Shown here piece after piece: positions 48,893 to 58,954 of a stretch of 64,000 bases of DNA. The stretch covers positions 279,844 through 343,843 of the forward strand of contig CAVOXA010000022.1 in the NCBI GenBank assembly GCA_963700285.1, given 5' to 3'. A program made the translations under genes and the position numbers. Position 1 is the stretch's first letter. Every line of letters starts with the position of its first letter. The notes below the pieces were generated by a model. It made no database searches. It saw nothing but the letters and a program-made list of their open reading frames with translations, and had not been told where the DNA came from. This DNA comes from an uncultured Chloroflexia bacterium. GTDB taxonomy: Bacteria > Chloroflexota > Anaerolineae > JAAYZQ01.

Positions 48893-50204
48893 ATGAAAAA
48901 AAAGCCAATTGAGCCAGAAAAAACATTGCATCAGGCACTTTCGAGCATCAAATCTTTCACATCAACTCCTAAACCCAAACAAACCATCAATGATGATGAG
49001 TTTGTGCCGGCCTGTCAATTTGTGACACAGTTAGTCTCTCAAGCACATGAGTATGGCGTGTCCTCTATTCGGCTGCAAGATTTGATGTCTCAATTACCGC
49101 AATTGTTTGGGTTCCATGGAGCCATGCTAGCCGCTCCACCTTTTAGCTTTTTTGAATTTTGGCGGAAGGGCGATTCTGAGGCAAGCCGGGCCACGCTCCG
49201 ACTTCCTGAGGCAAATTTCGACCTCTCCAAATTGTCTGAGTTAGGTCTTTTGGTAAATGATCTAACAGATGGCAAGGTGCCCATTGATGAGGGGTCCGTT
49301 CGACTAAAGCAGATCGAAAACCTTCAACCGCCCTATAAAAATTCATTTATAGCTTTGGGCTATGCTTTATGTGGCGCTGGTTTTGCAGTGCTGTTATCGG
49401 GGAGTTGGTTTGATGTCTTTATTGCCGCGCTGCTCAGTTTAGTCGTTTATGCTATCACTTTGACAGCTGGTCGTTCACAATGGTTGGCCAACCGGCTTAA
49501 TTTTACAGCTGCATTGGTCGCTTCGATATTGGCTAATTTGTTGGCCTTATTGTTCCCTGGCAGTAATGCTTTTATTGTTTCTCTATGTGCGGTTATTATT
49601 CTAGTTCCGGGATTGTCCCTTACTTTAGGAACAGCGGAACTCGCTTCTAAGATTGTTATTTCAGGTATTAATCGTCTTGTTGATGCCATTACGATCACGT
49701 TTATACTCGTTATAGGCAATGCAATAGGTTCTTCTCTTGTGAGAGCTATCTGGCCTGTGCCTACCCCAGAACCTACAATCAACCGGCCATTGTGGATGCT
49801 CTTTATTTCTATTATTGTGTTGATGTTGGGTCTGACCTTTGTCTTTAAAGTTCGTCTGGTAGACCTGGGTCTGGGTGGTTTTTGCCGGTGAATTAGCTTA
49901 TGCGGGTGTGCTGCTCGGTGGGCAGTTGGGGAACTGGCAAGGGTCATTTTTTGGCGCGTTGATTCTGGGATTGTACACCAGTTTGTTTGTTTTTCGTTTG
50001 CGTCGTCCAGGTTCAGTGGTCATGCTGCCAGGGATCATGATTCTGGTGCCTGGGGTGGCAGCTTATTTTGGTTTGAACACGCTGCAAACGAGCGGGATCA
50101 TCGGAGCACTGCCTGCTGGATGGGGCGTACTCACACAAATTGTGGCAATCATGGGGGGATTATTTGTTGCCGCTTCTATTATTCCACAAAAATCCAGCCT
50201 TTGA
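48893..50204 (+). CDS. ThrE family threonine/serine exporter, frameshift near 49868
   Basis: DLSKL, IILVPGL...T.EL....ISG..RL; second half PGIMILVPG. Confidence 0.82.
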
Positions 50205-50306
50205 TTATTTTATTCTTGAAATGAGGGCCTGGTTTGGCTGTATTGCTCCCTCATGTAAAACAACTTCTAAACCAATTATTCTTATGTAAACTTATGGAGA
50301 AAAACA

Positions 50307-51842
50307 ATGGCAGAATCTGAAACTAAAAACGCAGAGGAATCTGGGCGGACACCTTCAATGGCAGCCTCATTGCTGGTTTGTGGGGTAATGATCGGTCTGA
50401 TTATCCTTTCGGTGATTTTGTTCGGCACTGATGTGGCCGAAGGGCCACTCCAGGTGAGTATGACCCTGGCAACGCTCTTTGCGTTGACTGTGGCTCTGTA
50501 TTATGGTTTTCGTGGTGCCGTAATTTCTGAGGCAATCATGAGTAGTGTGAATGGCACCTTGGGGACCATTTTTGTTCTTTTGGCTATCGGCGCCATCATC
50601 GGCACACTTTATCTGTCTGGAACTGTCGCTGCTTTTATTTATTATGGCGTAGACATTCTCAGCCCACGTTTTTATTATGTAACCGTGTTTATCATTGCTG
50701 GTATATTGAGTATGCTGTTGGGGAGTTCGTTAACAACCGTCGGCGCTGTCGGAGTGGCCTTCGTCGGATTGGCGTCAATTATGGGGGTGTCGCCCGCTAT
50801 TGCGGCTGGTGCGGCCGTTTCAGGGGCGATTTTGGGCGATAAGACAGCCAAAATTTCGGATACGGCTTTGCTAACGATTGCCACTGTAGGCGGGGTAAAC
50901 ATTGAGGATCATTCCCGTATGGTGCTGCGCACGGCTATTCCGGCTGTGATTATTAGTGCGCTCCTTTTTCTGTTTTTGGGGTTGACTGGCAGTACAGGCG
51001 CAGCTCCTGTTGACCCGACACAAGTGCAAGACACGATTTCGCAGTATTTCAATGTGTCACTGCTGGCGTTTGTGCCCGTGATCTTGATTTTTGTGCTGTC
51101 TGCTTTTCGCTTTTCTGCCTATATGTGTCTGATGATTCCTGCGATATTGGCGGTTGTCTTGGCAGGTTTTACCCAGCATGATTTGATCGTTTTTCTGGCG
51201 AATGATCCGAGCCTTAGTTATTTGCAATCTGTTCTCAAGGTGGGAATTGATACCCTGGCCAATGGCTTTCATCTCAACAGCGGCACTGCCCAACTGGATA
51301 CGCTGTTTACCGGTGGTGGCACTGCTGGCATGTTAACCACGATCTGGCTGATTTTGATGGCAGCTAGCTTTGGGGCAGTGGCTGATTATACAGGAATGCT
51401 GGCGCGTGTGATTACACCGATAATCAATTGGACTAGAGGCCCGGCAACGTTGATTTTAGCTACCATGCTAACCGCAATCGGCTTAAATACAGTCGCCGCA
51501 GATCCTTATGTGAGCATTGTGCTGTCGTCCCGTATGTTCCGGAAAGAATATATGAAAGAACGCCTTAAACCAGTTACGCTGTCAACGGCCGTTGCTGACT
51601 CCGGCACGATGTTTTCAGGCATTATTCCCTGGAATGTCAATGGGGCTCTTTTTGCAGGCACATTAGGCCTGGCTACTGTCACTTATGCGCCATACACATT
51701 CATGGCCTATTTGACGCCCTTGATAACCGTCGCCATCGGATTCCTCTATTTTCGCAAGGATGATTTGCCGAGTGATGATGACGCAACGGCCGTTTACGGA
51801 GGAGAACCGGACAAACTACCCCAGCCACAACGGACTGCGTAG
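50307..51842 (+). CDS. NhaC family antiporter/transporter, paralog of 38409..39947
   Basis: Collinear with the first copy (GPLQVSMTLATLFAL, GDK..KISDT, DSGT..IIPWN). Confidence 0.88.
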   Translation: MAESETKNAEESGRTPSMAASLLVCGVMIGLIILSVILFGTDVAEGPLQVSMTLATLFALTVALYYGFRGAVISEAIMSSVNGTLGTIFVLLAIGAIIGTLYLSGTVAAFIYYGVDILSPRFYYVTVFIIAGILSMLLGSSLTTVGAVGVAFVGLASIMGVSPAIAAGAAVSGAILGDKTAKISDTALLTIATVGGVNIEDHSRMVLRTAIPAVIISALLFLFLGLTGSTGAAPVDPTQVQDTISQYFNVSLLAFVPVILIFVLSAFRFSAYMCLMIPAILAVVLAGFTQHDLIVFLANDPSLSYLQSVLKVGIDTLANGFHLNSGTAQLDTLFTGGGTAGMLTTIWLILMAASFGAVADYTGMLARVITPIINWTRGPATLILATMLTAIGLNTVAADPYVSIVLSSRMFRKEYMKERLKPVTLSTAVADSGTMFSGIIPWNVNGALFAGTLGLATVTYAPYTFMAYLTPLITVAIGFLYFRKDDLPSDDDATAVYGGEPDKLPQPQRTA

Positions 51843-51907
51843 CCAATCGTTAACCCAGCTGAGCTGGAAGAAAATCCGTCATCGGGAATATCTTAGGTAA
51901 TTACACA

Positions 51908-53571
51908 ATGATACGCGACCTATTTAATCGTCAATATGCCAAAAAAGATATACTGGCTGGCCTGACCTTAGCCGTTGAAAGCGTTCCAGACGGAATGGCC
52001 GTGGGCACCTTGGCTGCAATCAGTCCCATGAATGGCGTCTATGCCTATATGATCGGCGGGCTGTCAGGCGCTTTTTTCACCAGTTCGGTATCGTTGAGCA
52101 TCCAGGCCACCAGCGCGATGGCTTTGATTGTAGCCACCGTGCCAGAGGTTGCCCTTGGACAACCCAACGCCAAAGATGCCCTGCTGGTGCTTTCCCTGCT
52201 GACCGGGCTGTTCATGGTGGTCTTTGGCCTGCTGCGTTTGGGTGGCGCCTTGCGCTTCATTCCCAATTCGGTGATGTCGGCCTTCACCCATGCCGTTGGC
52301 TTTTCAATTATTTTGGGCCAATTAAGCAACCTTACCGGGTACGCTGCTCAAGGACCGAACAAACCGCTGCAAACCGTCAATTTATTACTTAATCTTGATC
52401 AAGTCAATATCTATGCGCTGATTACCGGCGTCATAACGATGGTTTTAATGATTTTGCTGCAAAGAACGCACTTGAAAACATTCAGCATTTTGGTTGCCAT
52501 GTTTGTGGCCTCGCTGGTGCCGATACTTTTGGGTTGGGAAACCGTAAGCCAGGTGCAAGACATCGCCCCGATCCCCAGCCAATTGCCACGCCCCTTTCTT
52601 CCTGAATTATCGAGCTTACCGACTTTAATTCCGGCGCTGCTTGCGCCCGCCCTGGCGCTGGCGATTGTGGGGTTGGTACAAGGAGCCGCTGTCACCCACG
52701 AGTATCCCAACCCGGATGGCAGCAAATCGGATGCATCCGGCGATTTTAAAGGCCAGGGCATGGCCAACATCATCACCGGCTTTTTTCAGGGGATGCCTGT
52801 GGGCGGTTCCTTTTCAGCCACGGCCATTTTGGTCGTGGGGGTGCCCGCACGCGCTTCGCCAACATTGCGGCCGGCCTGGGCATCGCCGCGGTGCTGCTGT
52901 TGTTGGGCAATGTAATCGGTCTCCTGGCCATGCCTGCCCTAGGTGGCTTTCTGATCGTCCTGGGTGTCGGCGTTTTAGATCCAAAAGAACTGCTGTCGAC
53001 CTGGAAGCTTGGCGGGCTAAGCCGCTGGGGGATGGTTTTTTTGATTCTGGTGGCGCTGTTTGTATCGCTGCAAGCTGCGGTATTTGTCGGTGTTGGTCTG
53101 TCAGTGATCCTATATATCATCCGGCAATCCAATGAGGTTGTCGTGAAAGCGTCTGTGTTTGAGAACGGGGAGCTGGTTTACGAACAGGATGTTGAGCCAG
53201 AACTGGCTGCCAACTCAATTGTAACCTTGCAGTATTATGGCTCGCTGTTCTTTGCATCGGCGCAAAAATTTGAGGATCAGCTGCCCCAACCCACGGAAAC
53301 TACCAGCAGCGCCGTCGTCATTCTGAATATGCGCGGGCAAAAAGACCTGGACAGCTCGACGCTTGATATGCTAACCGAATACGCTCAGGAATTACAGAAA
53401 CACAACTGCCGGCTTATGTTGGCCGGTGTGGAGGACTCTGCCCGACAAAAACTCGAAAGGACGGGCAAGCTGGCCATTATCGGCAACGATAACGTCTTTG
53501 CAAAAAGTGAACATTATCAAGAATCGATGTTGGAAGCACGCGCTGAAGCAGAAAAATGGCTTAAAGGGTAG
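51908..53571 (+). CDS. SulP family anion transporter with STAS domain, frameshift near 52840
   Basis: DILAGLT, QGMANI..GFFQGMPVGGSFS; STAS GSLFFASA, LDSS. Confidence 0.85.
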
Positions 53572-53665
53572 GAATGCAGTTGGAAATTGTGAAGATCGAT
53601 ACATTTGGAATTAATACCATGATGTTATTCCAAGGGTAGGTGCATGAAACAGCAAAGAAAGCATT

Positions 53666-55072
53666 ATGGCCGCTCGCACCACAAAACTTCGTTATAAAAT
53701 GTCACAAACAGTCAAACGTGGCTTGTTGTCTTTCTTGCTCCTGGGTATGTTGATTCATCTGGCGGGCTGCGCCAGCCAAAGGTCACCGGATGGGACAGCG
53801 CCAACCTTAGCACCGACAGCAACACCAGCTATCAGCCAGGAAATTACTCAAACACCTGCTACGAGTGATGCCGACAGCCCGATGATGTCTGATCTAGCCA
53901 CCCTGGTTCAGGTTGCACCATCCCGCACCCCGCGACCGACCGCGACCCCGGATGCCTTATCTATGGCTGTTGATGAAGTGGCTCAACAGACGGGCTTGGC
54001 GGGCACAACCATTTTGGGACTGAATATCGAAGATTGGTTTAGTATGGCGGCGTCATTACTGTTAGTGTTAGCCGCCTACCTGGTTGGCACCTGGGCAATC
54101 CGCTGGCTCTTTCCACGTCTCACTGCACGCACAAAAACGGACCTTGACGACCAGCTGATGGGCGTAGCTGGTAATGCTGTCCGCTGGTTAATCGTGGTCC
54201 TTATTCTACGTTTTGCCACCGAACGACTCGATTTCATCGGTCCGCGCCTGCAGACGCCCCTTGCCGATGTTTATTTCTTGCTCGCCTTAGGACTGAGCAT
54301 CCTGATCGTTTGGCGATTGATTGATCTGATTGCCAAAATACTCGACGGGAAGGCACAAAAAGCAAATAATCAGAAAGAAGCCGAATCCCTGATCACGCTT
54401 GTTGTTTGGGGATTGCGCCTAATCTTGCTAATTATTGCCCTATCGATATTTCTCAACCAATTTGGCTTCAATGTTACAGGCTTTGCGGTTTTCCTGGCTA
54501 TTATGACATTGACCATTTCTCTGGCTGGCCGCGATGTCCTCGCTGATGTGATTGCCGGAGCATTCATATTACTGGATCAACCTTATCGTATCGGTGATCG
54601 AGTGGGACTGGAAGGCCTGGATACATGGGGAAACGTGGCCGAGATTGGCAGTCGCTATACTAAGATACTAACTATCGACAATCGCATGGTGATAATGCCC
54701 AACTCGCAAATGGGTCAGAACCAAATTGTTAACTACAGCTACCCTGATCCCTCCTATTATGTGCAGGTAAATCTCGGTATTGCGTACGAGAACGACCTCG
54801 ACCAGGTGGAAAAATTGGTGAAGGAAGCCATCCACTCTGTGGATGGCGTGATGAATGACCGGGCTGTCGACACATTTTTGACTGGCTTTGAGGAAACCCA
54901 GATTGTTATTCTTTTAGGCTGGTGGATTGATTCATACACGGACTTGTATGCAATTCGCGATCAGGTAAGCCGGGCTATTGTTAAAAAGCTCAAGGAGGCA
55001 GGTGTGATATTCCCTTACCGAAGGTATACCTCTGGTTTTGGTATAACTTCTGATGAAAAGGTTTCTGATTAG
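53666..55072 (+). CDS. MscS family mechanosensitive channel with N-terminal lipobox and Pro/Thr linker
   Basis: ADVIAG..ILLDQPYRIGDRV, G.V.EIG.R.T.I.T.DN..V..PNS; LAGC. Confidence 0.88.
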   Translation: MAARTTKLRYKMSQTVKRGLLSFLLLGMLIHLAGCASQRSPDGTAPTLAPTATPAISQEITQTPATSDADSPMMSDLATLVQVAPSRTPRPTATPDALSMAVDEVAQQTGLAGTTILGLNIEDWFSMAASLLLVLAAYLVGTWAIRWLFPRLTARTKTDLDDQLMGVAGNAVRWLIVVLILRFATERLDFIGPRLQTPLADVYFLLALGLSILIVWRLIDLIAKILDGKAQKANNQKEAESLITLVVWGLRLILLIIALSIFLNQFGFNVTGFAVFLAIMTLTISLAGRDVLADVIAGAFILLDQPYRIGDRVGLEGLDTWGNVAEIGSRYTKILTIDNRMVIMPNSQMGQNQIVNYSYPDPSYYVQVNLGIAYENDLDQVEKLVKEAIHSVDGVMNDRAVDTFLTGFEETQIVILLGWWIDSYTDLYAIRDQVSRAIVKKLKEAGVIFPYRRYTSGFGITSDEKVSD

Positions 55073-55113
55073 GAACCGGAAGTGACTTTGTGGCTTTGTC
55101 GAATGACGTACTA

Positions 55114-55295
55114 CTGATTGATAGTAAAGATATAGAAGCAGTGACCAGCCTTATCGCCGGTTTATGAAACATAACAGTGGAGGATAAATCATAATGACAT
55201 TTTCTAAAACAATTCCGGTGATTATCAATCCATCTTCTGGAAAACCGCAGCCGATTCTACATACGATAGTGCCGATTGTTAATAGTGGAGGGTAA
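55114..55295 (+). pseudogene. Relic duplicate of the 62247..62687 gene end and the DAG kinase gene start
   Basis: LIDSKDIEAVTSLIAGL vs LVDSNDLEAVTRLIARL; 55194..55295 MTFSKTIPVIINPSSGKPQPILHTIVP vs IPVIINPSSGKPQPILHTI. Confidence 0.8.
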
Positions 55296-55470
55296 AGAAA
55301 AGGAAGGATTTCTGGATTTTTTGTTGAGAGACGTGCGGAAATAATAGGCTGCTTGTTGCTGCCGCCTTTGAACGAGGGAGTATGAGGGAAACATTAATGG
55401 GCTGCCATTTGTCAAGATTTTGTGTACCATTTGTTGATATATTATCTAATTTAGTTAAAGGAGATTTAAC

Positions 55471-56094
55471 ATGAGCAAAAAAGATGAAGGACAGGGCGCA
55501 GTATACAACATTGTAGCCTTCAATTTCGATGGCAAGGATACGGCAAAGCAAACACTCAAAGAAGCTAAAAAATCCGGCGCTTTGGAAGGCTATGTCATTG
55601 TCGTCGAAGCGATCGTCGAGCAGGATGAAAAAGGGAAAGTGCATTTGCATGAGCCGGGACATGGTATCTTGGGCGGCAGCGTAGGCGCGGTCGGCGGTGG
55701 CTTGCTGGGTTTGATTGGTGGCCCGGCGGGTTTGTTGGCCTGGACAGTGGGTGGCGCAGTCGTTGGCGGCGCTGCCGGCAAATACCTTGGGCGTCCCATT
55801 TCCAAAGGGGATCTGAAGGAGATTGGCACAGCAATGACTCCCGACACATCCGCCATATTGCTTATGCTGGAAGATGCCGAAACAGAAGATGTTGTTAAGG
55901 GTATGTCCGGCTACAGCGCTAACGTCGTTACCTTGACGGTTGGTGATGAGCTTTCAGGCCAGATTGCTTCATACGTTGCTGGCGCTGCCAGTGATGATCA
56001 GGGCAATGTGGTAGCCGGGGAAGCGGGCGTCGCCGCTGATGCGGAAGGTAATGTCGCCGCTGGCGCTGATGTAGCTGCTGCGTCTGACAGCTAA
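55471..56094 (+). CDS. DUF1269-like protein type A, paralog of 40346..40963
   Basis: AVYNIVAF.FDG.DTAKQTLKEAKK.GALEGY shared. Confidence 0.8.
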   Translation: MSKKDEGQGAVYNIVAFNFDGKDTAKQTLKEAKKSGALEGYVIVVEAIVEQDEKGKVHLHEPGHGILGGSVGAVGGGLLGLIGGPAGLLAWTVGGAVVGGAAGKYLGRPISKGDLKEIGTAMTPDTSAILLMLEDAETEDVVKGMSGYSANVVTLTVGDELSGQIASYVAGAASDDQGNVVAGEAGVAADAEGNVAAGADVAAASDS

Positions 56095-56235
56095 TAAGCC
56101 AACTGAGCATAGACTTCTAGTCTGTGGGTCATTGGTGGTCAAAAGGGCGAGTAGCAAGGTTGTCGAATGTATCGCATCCTTGTTTACTTGTCTTTTTTAC
56201 TTCACTCACATATATAAACCATAGGAGAAAATCAT

Positions 56236-56724
56236 ATGACAGCTTTAACCGTTTGGAAATTCAATGATGCTGGCGGCGCGCGCGCCGCATTGGATCAATT
56301 GAAGAGTCTGCAAAAACAGCAGCTGATAGAAATCCAGGATGCCGCAATCGTCGAATGGCCCCAAGGAAAGAAGAAACCGAAGACGAAGCAAGACAACAGC
56401 CTGACAGGCGCCGGCGCGCTCGGTGGCGCATTTTGGGGCATGCTCTTTGGTTTGCTTTTCTTTGTGCCTTTCTTTGGCCTGGCGATTGGCGCTGCCATGG
56501 GCGCTTTAGCCGGTCACTTCAGCGATTATGGTATCAATGATGATTTCATCAAATCCGTGCGCAGCGAAGTGACCGAAGGCACCTCAGCTCTATTTTTACT
56601 TACTGGCAATGCCACAGTGGATAAACTGGAAGCAGAGCTCAAAGGCAAGATGGGCGGCTTGATTCGCTCAAACTTGACCGATGAACAGGAAGCCAATCTG
56701 CGCGAAAGTTTCGGCGAAGAATAA
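56236..56724 (+). CDS. DUF1269 family protein type B, paralog of 41535..42026
   Basis: GKKKPKTK, GGAFWGMLFGL.FFVPFFG, VTEGTSA.F. Confidence 0.85.
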   Translation: MTALTVWKFNDAGGARAALDQLKSLQKQQLIEIQDAAIVEWPQGKKKPKTKQDNSLTGAGALGGAFWGMLFGLLFFVPFFGLAIGAAMGALAGHFSDYGINDDFIKSVRSEVTEGTSALFLLTGNATVDKLEAELKGKMGGLIRSNLTDEQEANLRESFGEE

Positions 56725-56805
56725 GCCCCAAAATAGGCATCATATAGGAGAGTGCCTTACTCAGGTGCTCTCCTGTTGTCATTTAACAGGAAGGAGATAT
56801 TGACG

Positions 56806-57153
56806 ATGCATTCTGCTGCCCCAGATGAAATGAAGCATATCCCAACGAGCCGTTGGGAAGCATGGTGTGATACTTTTAGCAATGGCAATCGTGGTCGCTT
56901 GATCCGTATTGAACTGGATGAAGAGCTGGGTGGGGAGCCTCTGGTTGCAGGGGCAAAACTTGTAGCCATCGATTATGATCCACCCGGCAAAGGTAATGCA
57001 TTTACCATCAGTTTTGGTCCTGATGAGGCCCCCACACGGCATACGATTAACAACCCGGTCGCGTTAAGGCAAGACCAAGATGTGAATGGTTTAGTCGTAT
57101 CAATTCGCGTAGAAGATGCCGAAGGTGGGGTAACGATGGTTAGGTTTGATTAA
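56806..57153 (+). CDS. Hypothetical protein, DUF5335-like
   Basis: IP..RW..W.D.FS....G..I.IE, IDYDP, H.I..P; AAGGAG RBS. Confidence 0.6.
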   Translation: MHSAAPDEMKHIPTSRWEAWCDTFSNGNRGRLIRIELDEELGGEPLVAGAKLVAIDYDPPGKGNAFTISFGPDEAPTRHTINNPVALRQDQDVNGLVVSIRVEDAEGGVTMVRFD

Positions 57154-57447
57154 CTGTTTGGGCAGGGATGGCAGGTCATTCGCCAAAGTGAGAAATCGCA
57201 TGCTTTGCCCAGTGCTGCTCTAGGTGGGTTTGTTGCTATGTGTGCCTGGGTCGAGCAAGATGAACAAGGGAGCTGAGGCGCTTATAACAAACAAACATCC
57301 TGCCTCTCAGAGCATTTAGCTAACTTAGAAACCGCGGAAGACGGATAAATTCTAAAAGGAGCGCGCCGGTGAAAATGTCAAGTAATAGGCGTCATCATGC
57401 AGCAAGGTAAAGGTGAAGGTAAAGGATGTTTTCATATTCTTTCCAGA

Positions 57448-57768
57448 ATGCTGTTTTTGGATGTTCTATTCAACCGGAGCACGGGCCCGATATTTATTTA
57501 TGTCGGCATCATTATCGGTATCGGTGCGGTGCTCTACCATTGGTTGGAAGGTTGGGACTGGTTAGACTCCTTCTATTTCGTCGTCATTACCCTGACCACA
57601 ATTGGGTATGGTGATTTTTACCCCACCCAGCCGATTACAAAATTGATCACGATATTTTATGGGGTAAACGGCATCATCATAATCCTCTTGATGTTTGACA
57701 TCATACGCAAAGTACGTGGATGGGATATTGATGGACCGGCAGCAAAGAAAAATGAGCAAAAAGATTGA
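57448..57768 (+). CDS. Minimal 2-TM potassium channel (KcsA-like); start uncertain
   Basis: EGWDWLDSFYF..ITLTTIGYGD selectivity filter. Confidence 0.88.
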   Translation: MLFLDVLFNRSTGPIFIYVGIIIGIGAVLYHWLEGWDWLDSFYFVVITLTTIGYGDFYPTQPITKLITIFYGVNGIIIILLMFDIIRKVRGWDIDGPAAKKNEQKD

Positions 57769-57821
57769 TCTGGCTGCGAGGTTTTGAAAGAATGCCGTTA
57801 CTAAACAAATAGAGGACTCTC

Positions 57822-58862
57822 ATGTGTACAAGCATACTTATCAAAGCTCAAGATGGCAGCCCGATTTATGGACGGACTATGGAATGGGGCGGATTTGATC
57901 TCCGGTCCGATCTTCTCCTGGTCCCGCGAGATACGACATTCACGTCGGCACTTTCTGACCACAAGGACGGCATGGCGTGGCAGAATCAGTTGGGCTTCAT
58001 CGCTATCAATGCGGTCAAGAAACCCTTCGCGACTGACGGGATGAATGAAACCGGCTTGACCCTCGGCGTATTGTACATGCCGGGTTTTGCCCGGTATCAA
58101 GATATAATGGACGGTGAAGAAGCAGCTTCGCTGAATAATATCGATCTCGCCGCCTATATCCTCGGCCAGTTCGGCCGTATTGCCGATATCAAGGCTGCCC
58201 TGCCAGCACTGCGCGTGGTCTATAACAAAGATCTTGAAAAGGCTTTTGGGGCACCCATTCCCATCCACTGGATAATCACCGATAAAGCCGGAGATTCAAT
58301 TATCGTTGAATATATGGATGGCCAGCTGCAAATTCACGAAAACAAGATCGGCGTGTTGACCAATTCTCCAGGTTATGACTGGCATTTGTTAAACCTTCGC
58401 AATTATTCCAATCTTCAGCCTCAGGATTTGCCCACTGATAGAGAAATCAACGGCGTCAGCCTGAGGCCTTTTGGTGTCGGCAGCGGCATGCATGGCCTGC
58501 CCGGAGATTCTACGCCGCCCTCACGCTTCATCCGCGCTGTCGCTTTTACCCAGACCATGCTGCCCTTTGCTGATGCAGCGCATGGTGTGCAAGAAGCGGG
58601 CCGTATTATGCACAATTTTGACATCCCCAGAGGCCTGGTGCGCGAGGGGCAGCATGGCGACAAGATCATTGCCGGTTACACGCAGTGGACGGTCATCGGC
58701 GATATTAGAAACAAGCGCTACTATTACTGGACTGAGTTTAACCGCCGGATGCGTATGGTAGACCTAAGCAAACTAGACTTTAGTGGCAACCAAGTATTAA
58801 CAATTCCCCTCGATAAGGTACGCAGCGAAGATATCAAAGAGCGCACGGCCGATTTCTCGTAG
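57822..58862 (+). CDS. Choloylglycine hydrolase / penicillin V acylase family Ntn-hydrolase
   Basis: N-terminal MCTS, GRTMEW, DGMNE.GL, LTNSP, GLPGD.TPPSRFIR. Confidence 0.9.
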   Translation: MCTSILIKAQDGSPIYGRTMEWGGFDLRSDLLLVPRDTTFTSALSDHKDGMAWQNQLGFIAINAVKKPFATDGMNETGLTLGVLYMPGFARYQDIMDGEEAASLNNIDLAAYILGQFGRIADIKAALPALRVVYNKDLEKAFGAPIPIHWIITDKAGDSIIVEYMDGQLQIHENKIGVLTNSPGYDWHLLNLRNYSNLQPQDLPTDREINGVSLRPFGVGSGMHGLPGDSTPPSRFIRAVAFTQTMLPFADAAHGVQEAGRIMHNFDIPRGLVREGQHGDKIIAGYTQWTVIGDIRNKRYYYWTEFNRRMRMVDLSKLDFSGNQVLTIPLDKVRSEDIKERTADFS

Positions 58863-58954
58863 GCGAAGGCGATCATGGATGATCTGTTGTCTCGAATCGA
58901 AACACCTTTATCGTCAACAGCCTCTTTGAGCAGCAAAGGGTTAGGCGAGGGAAA

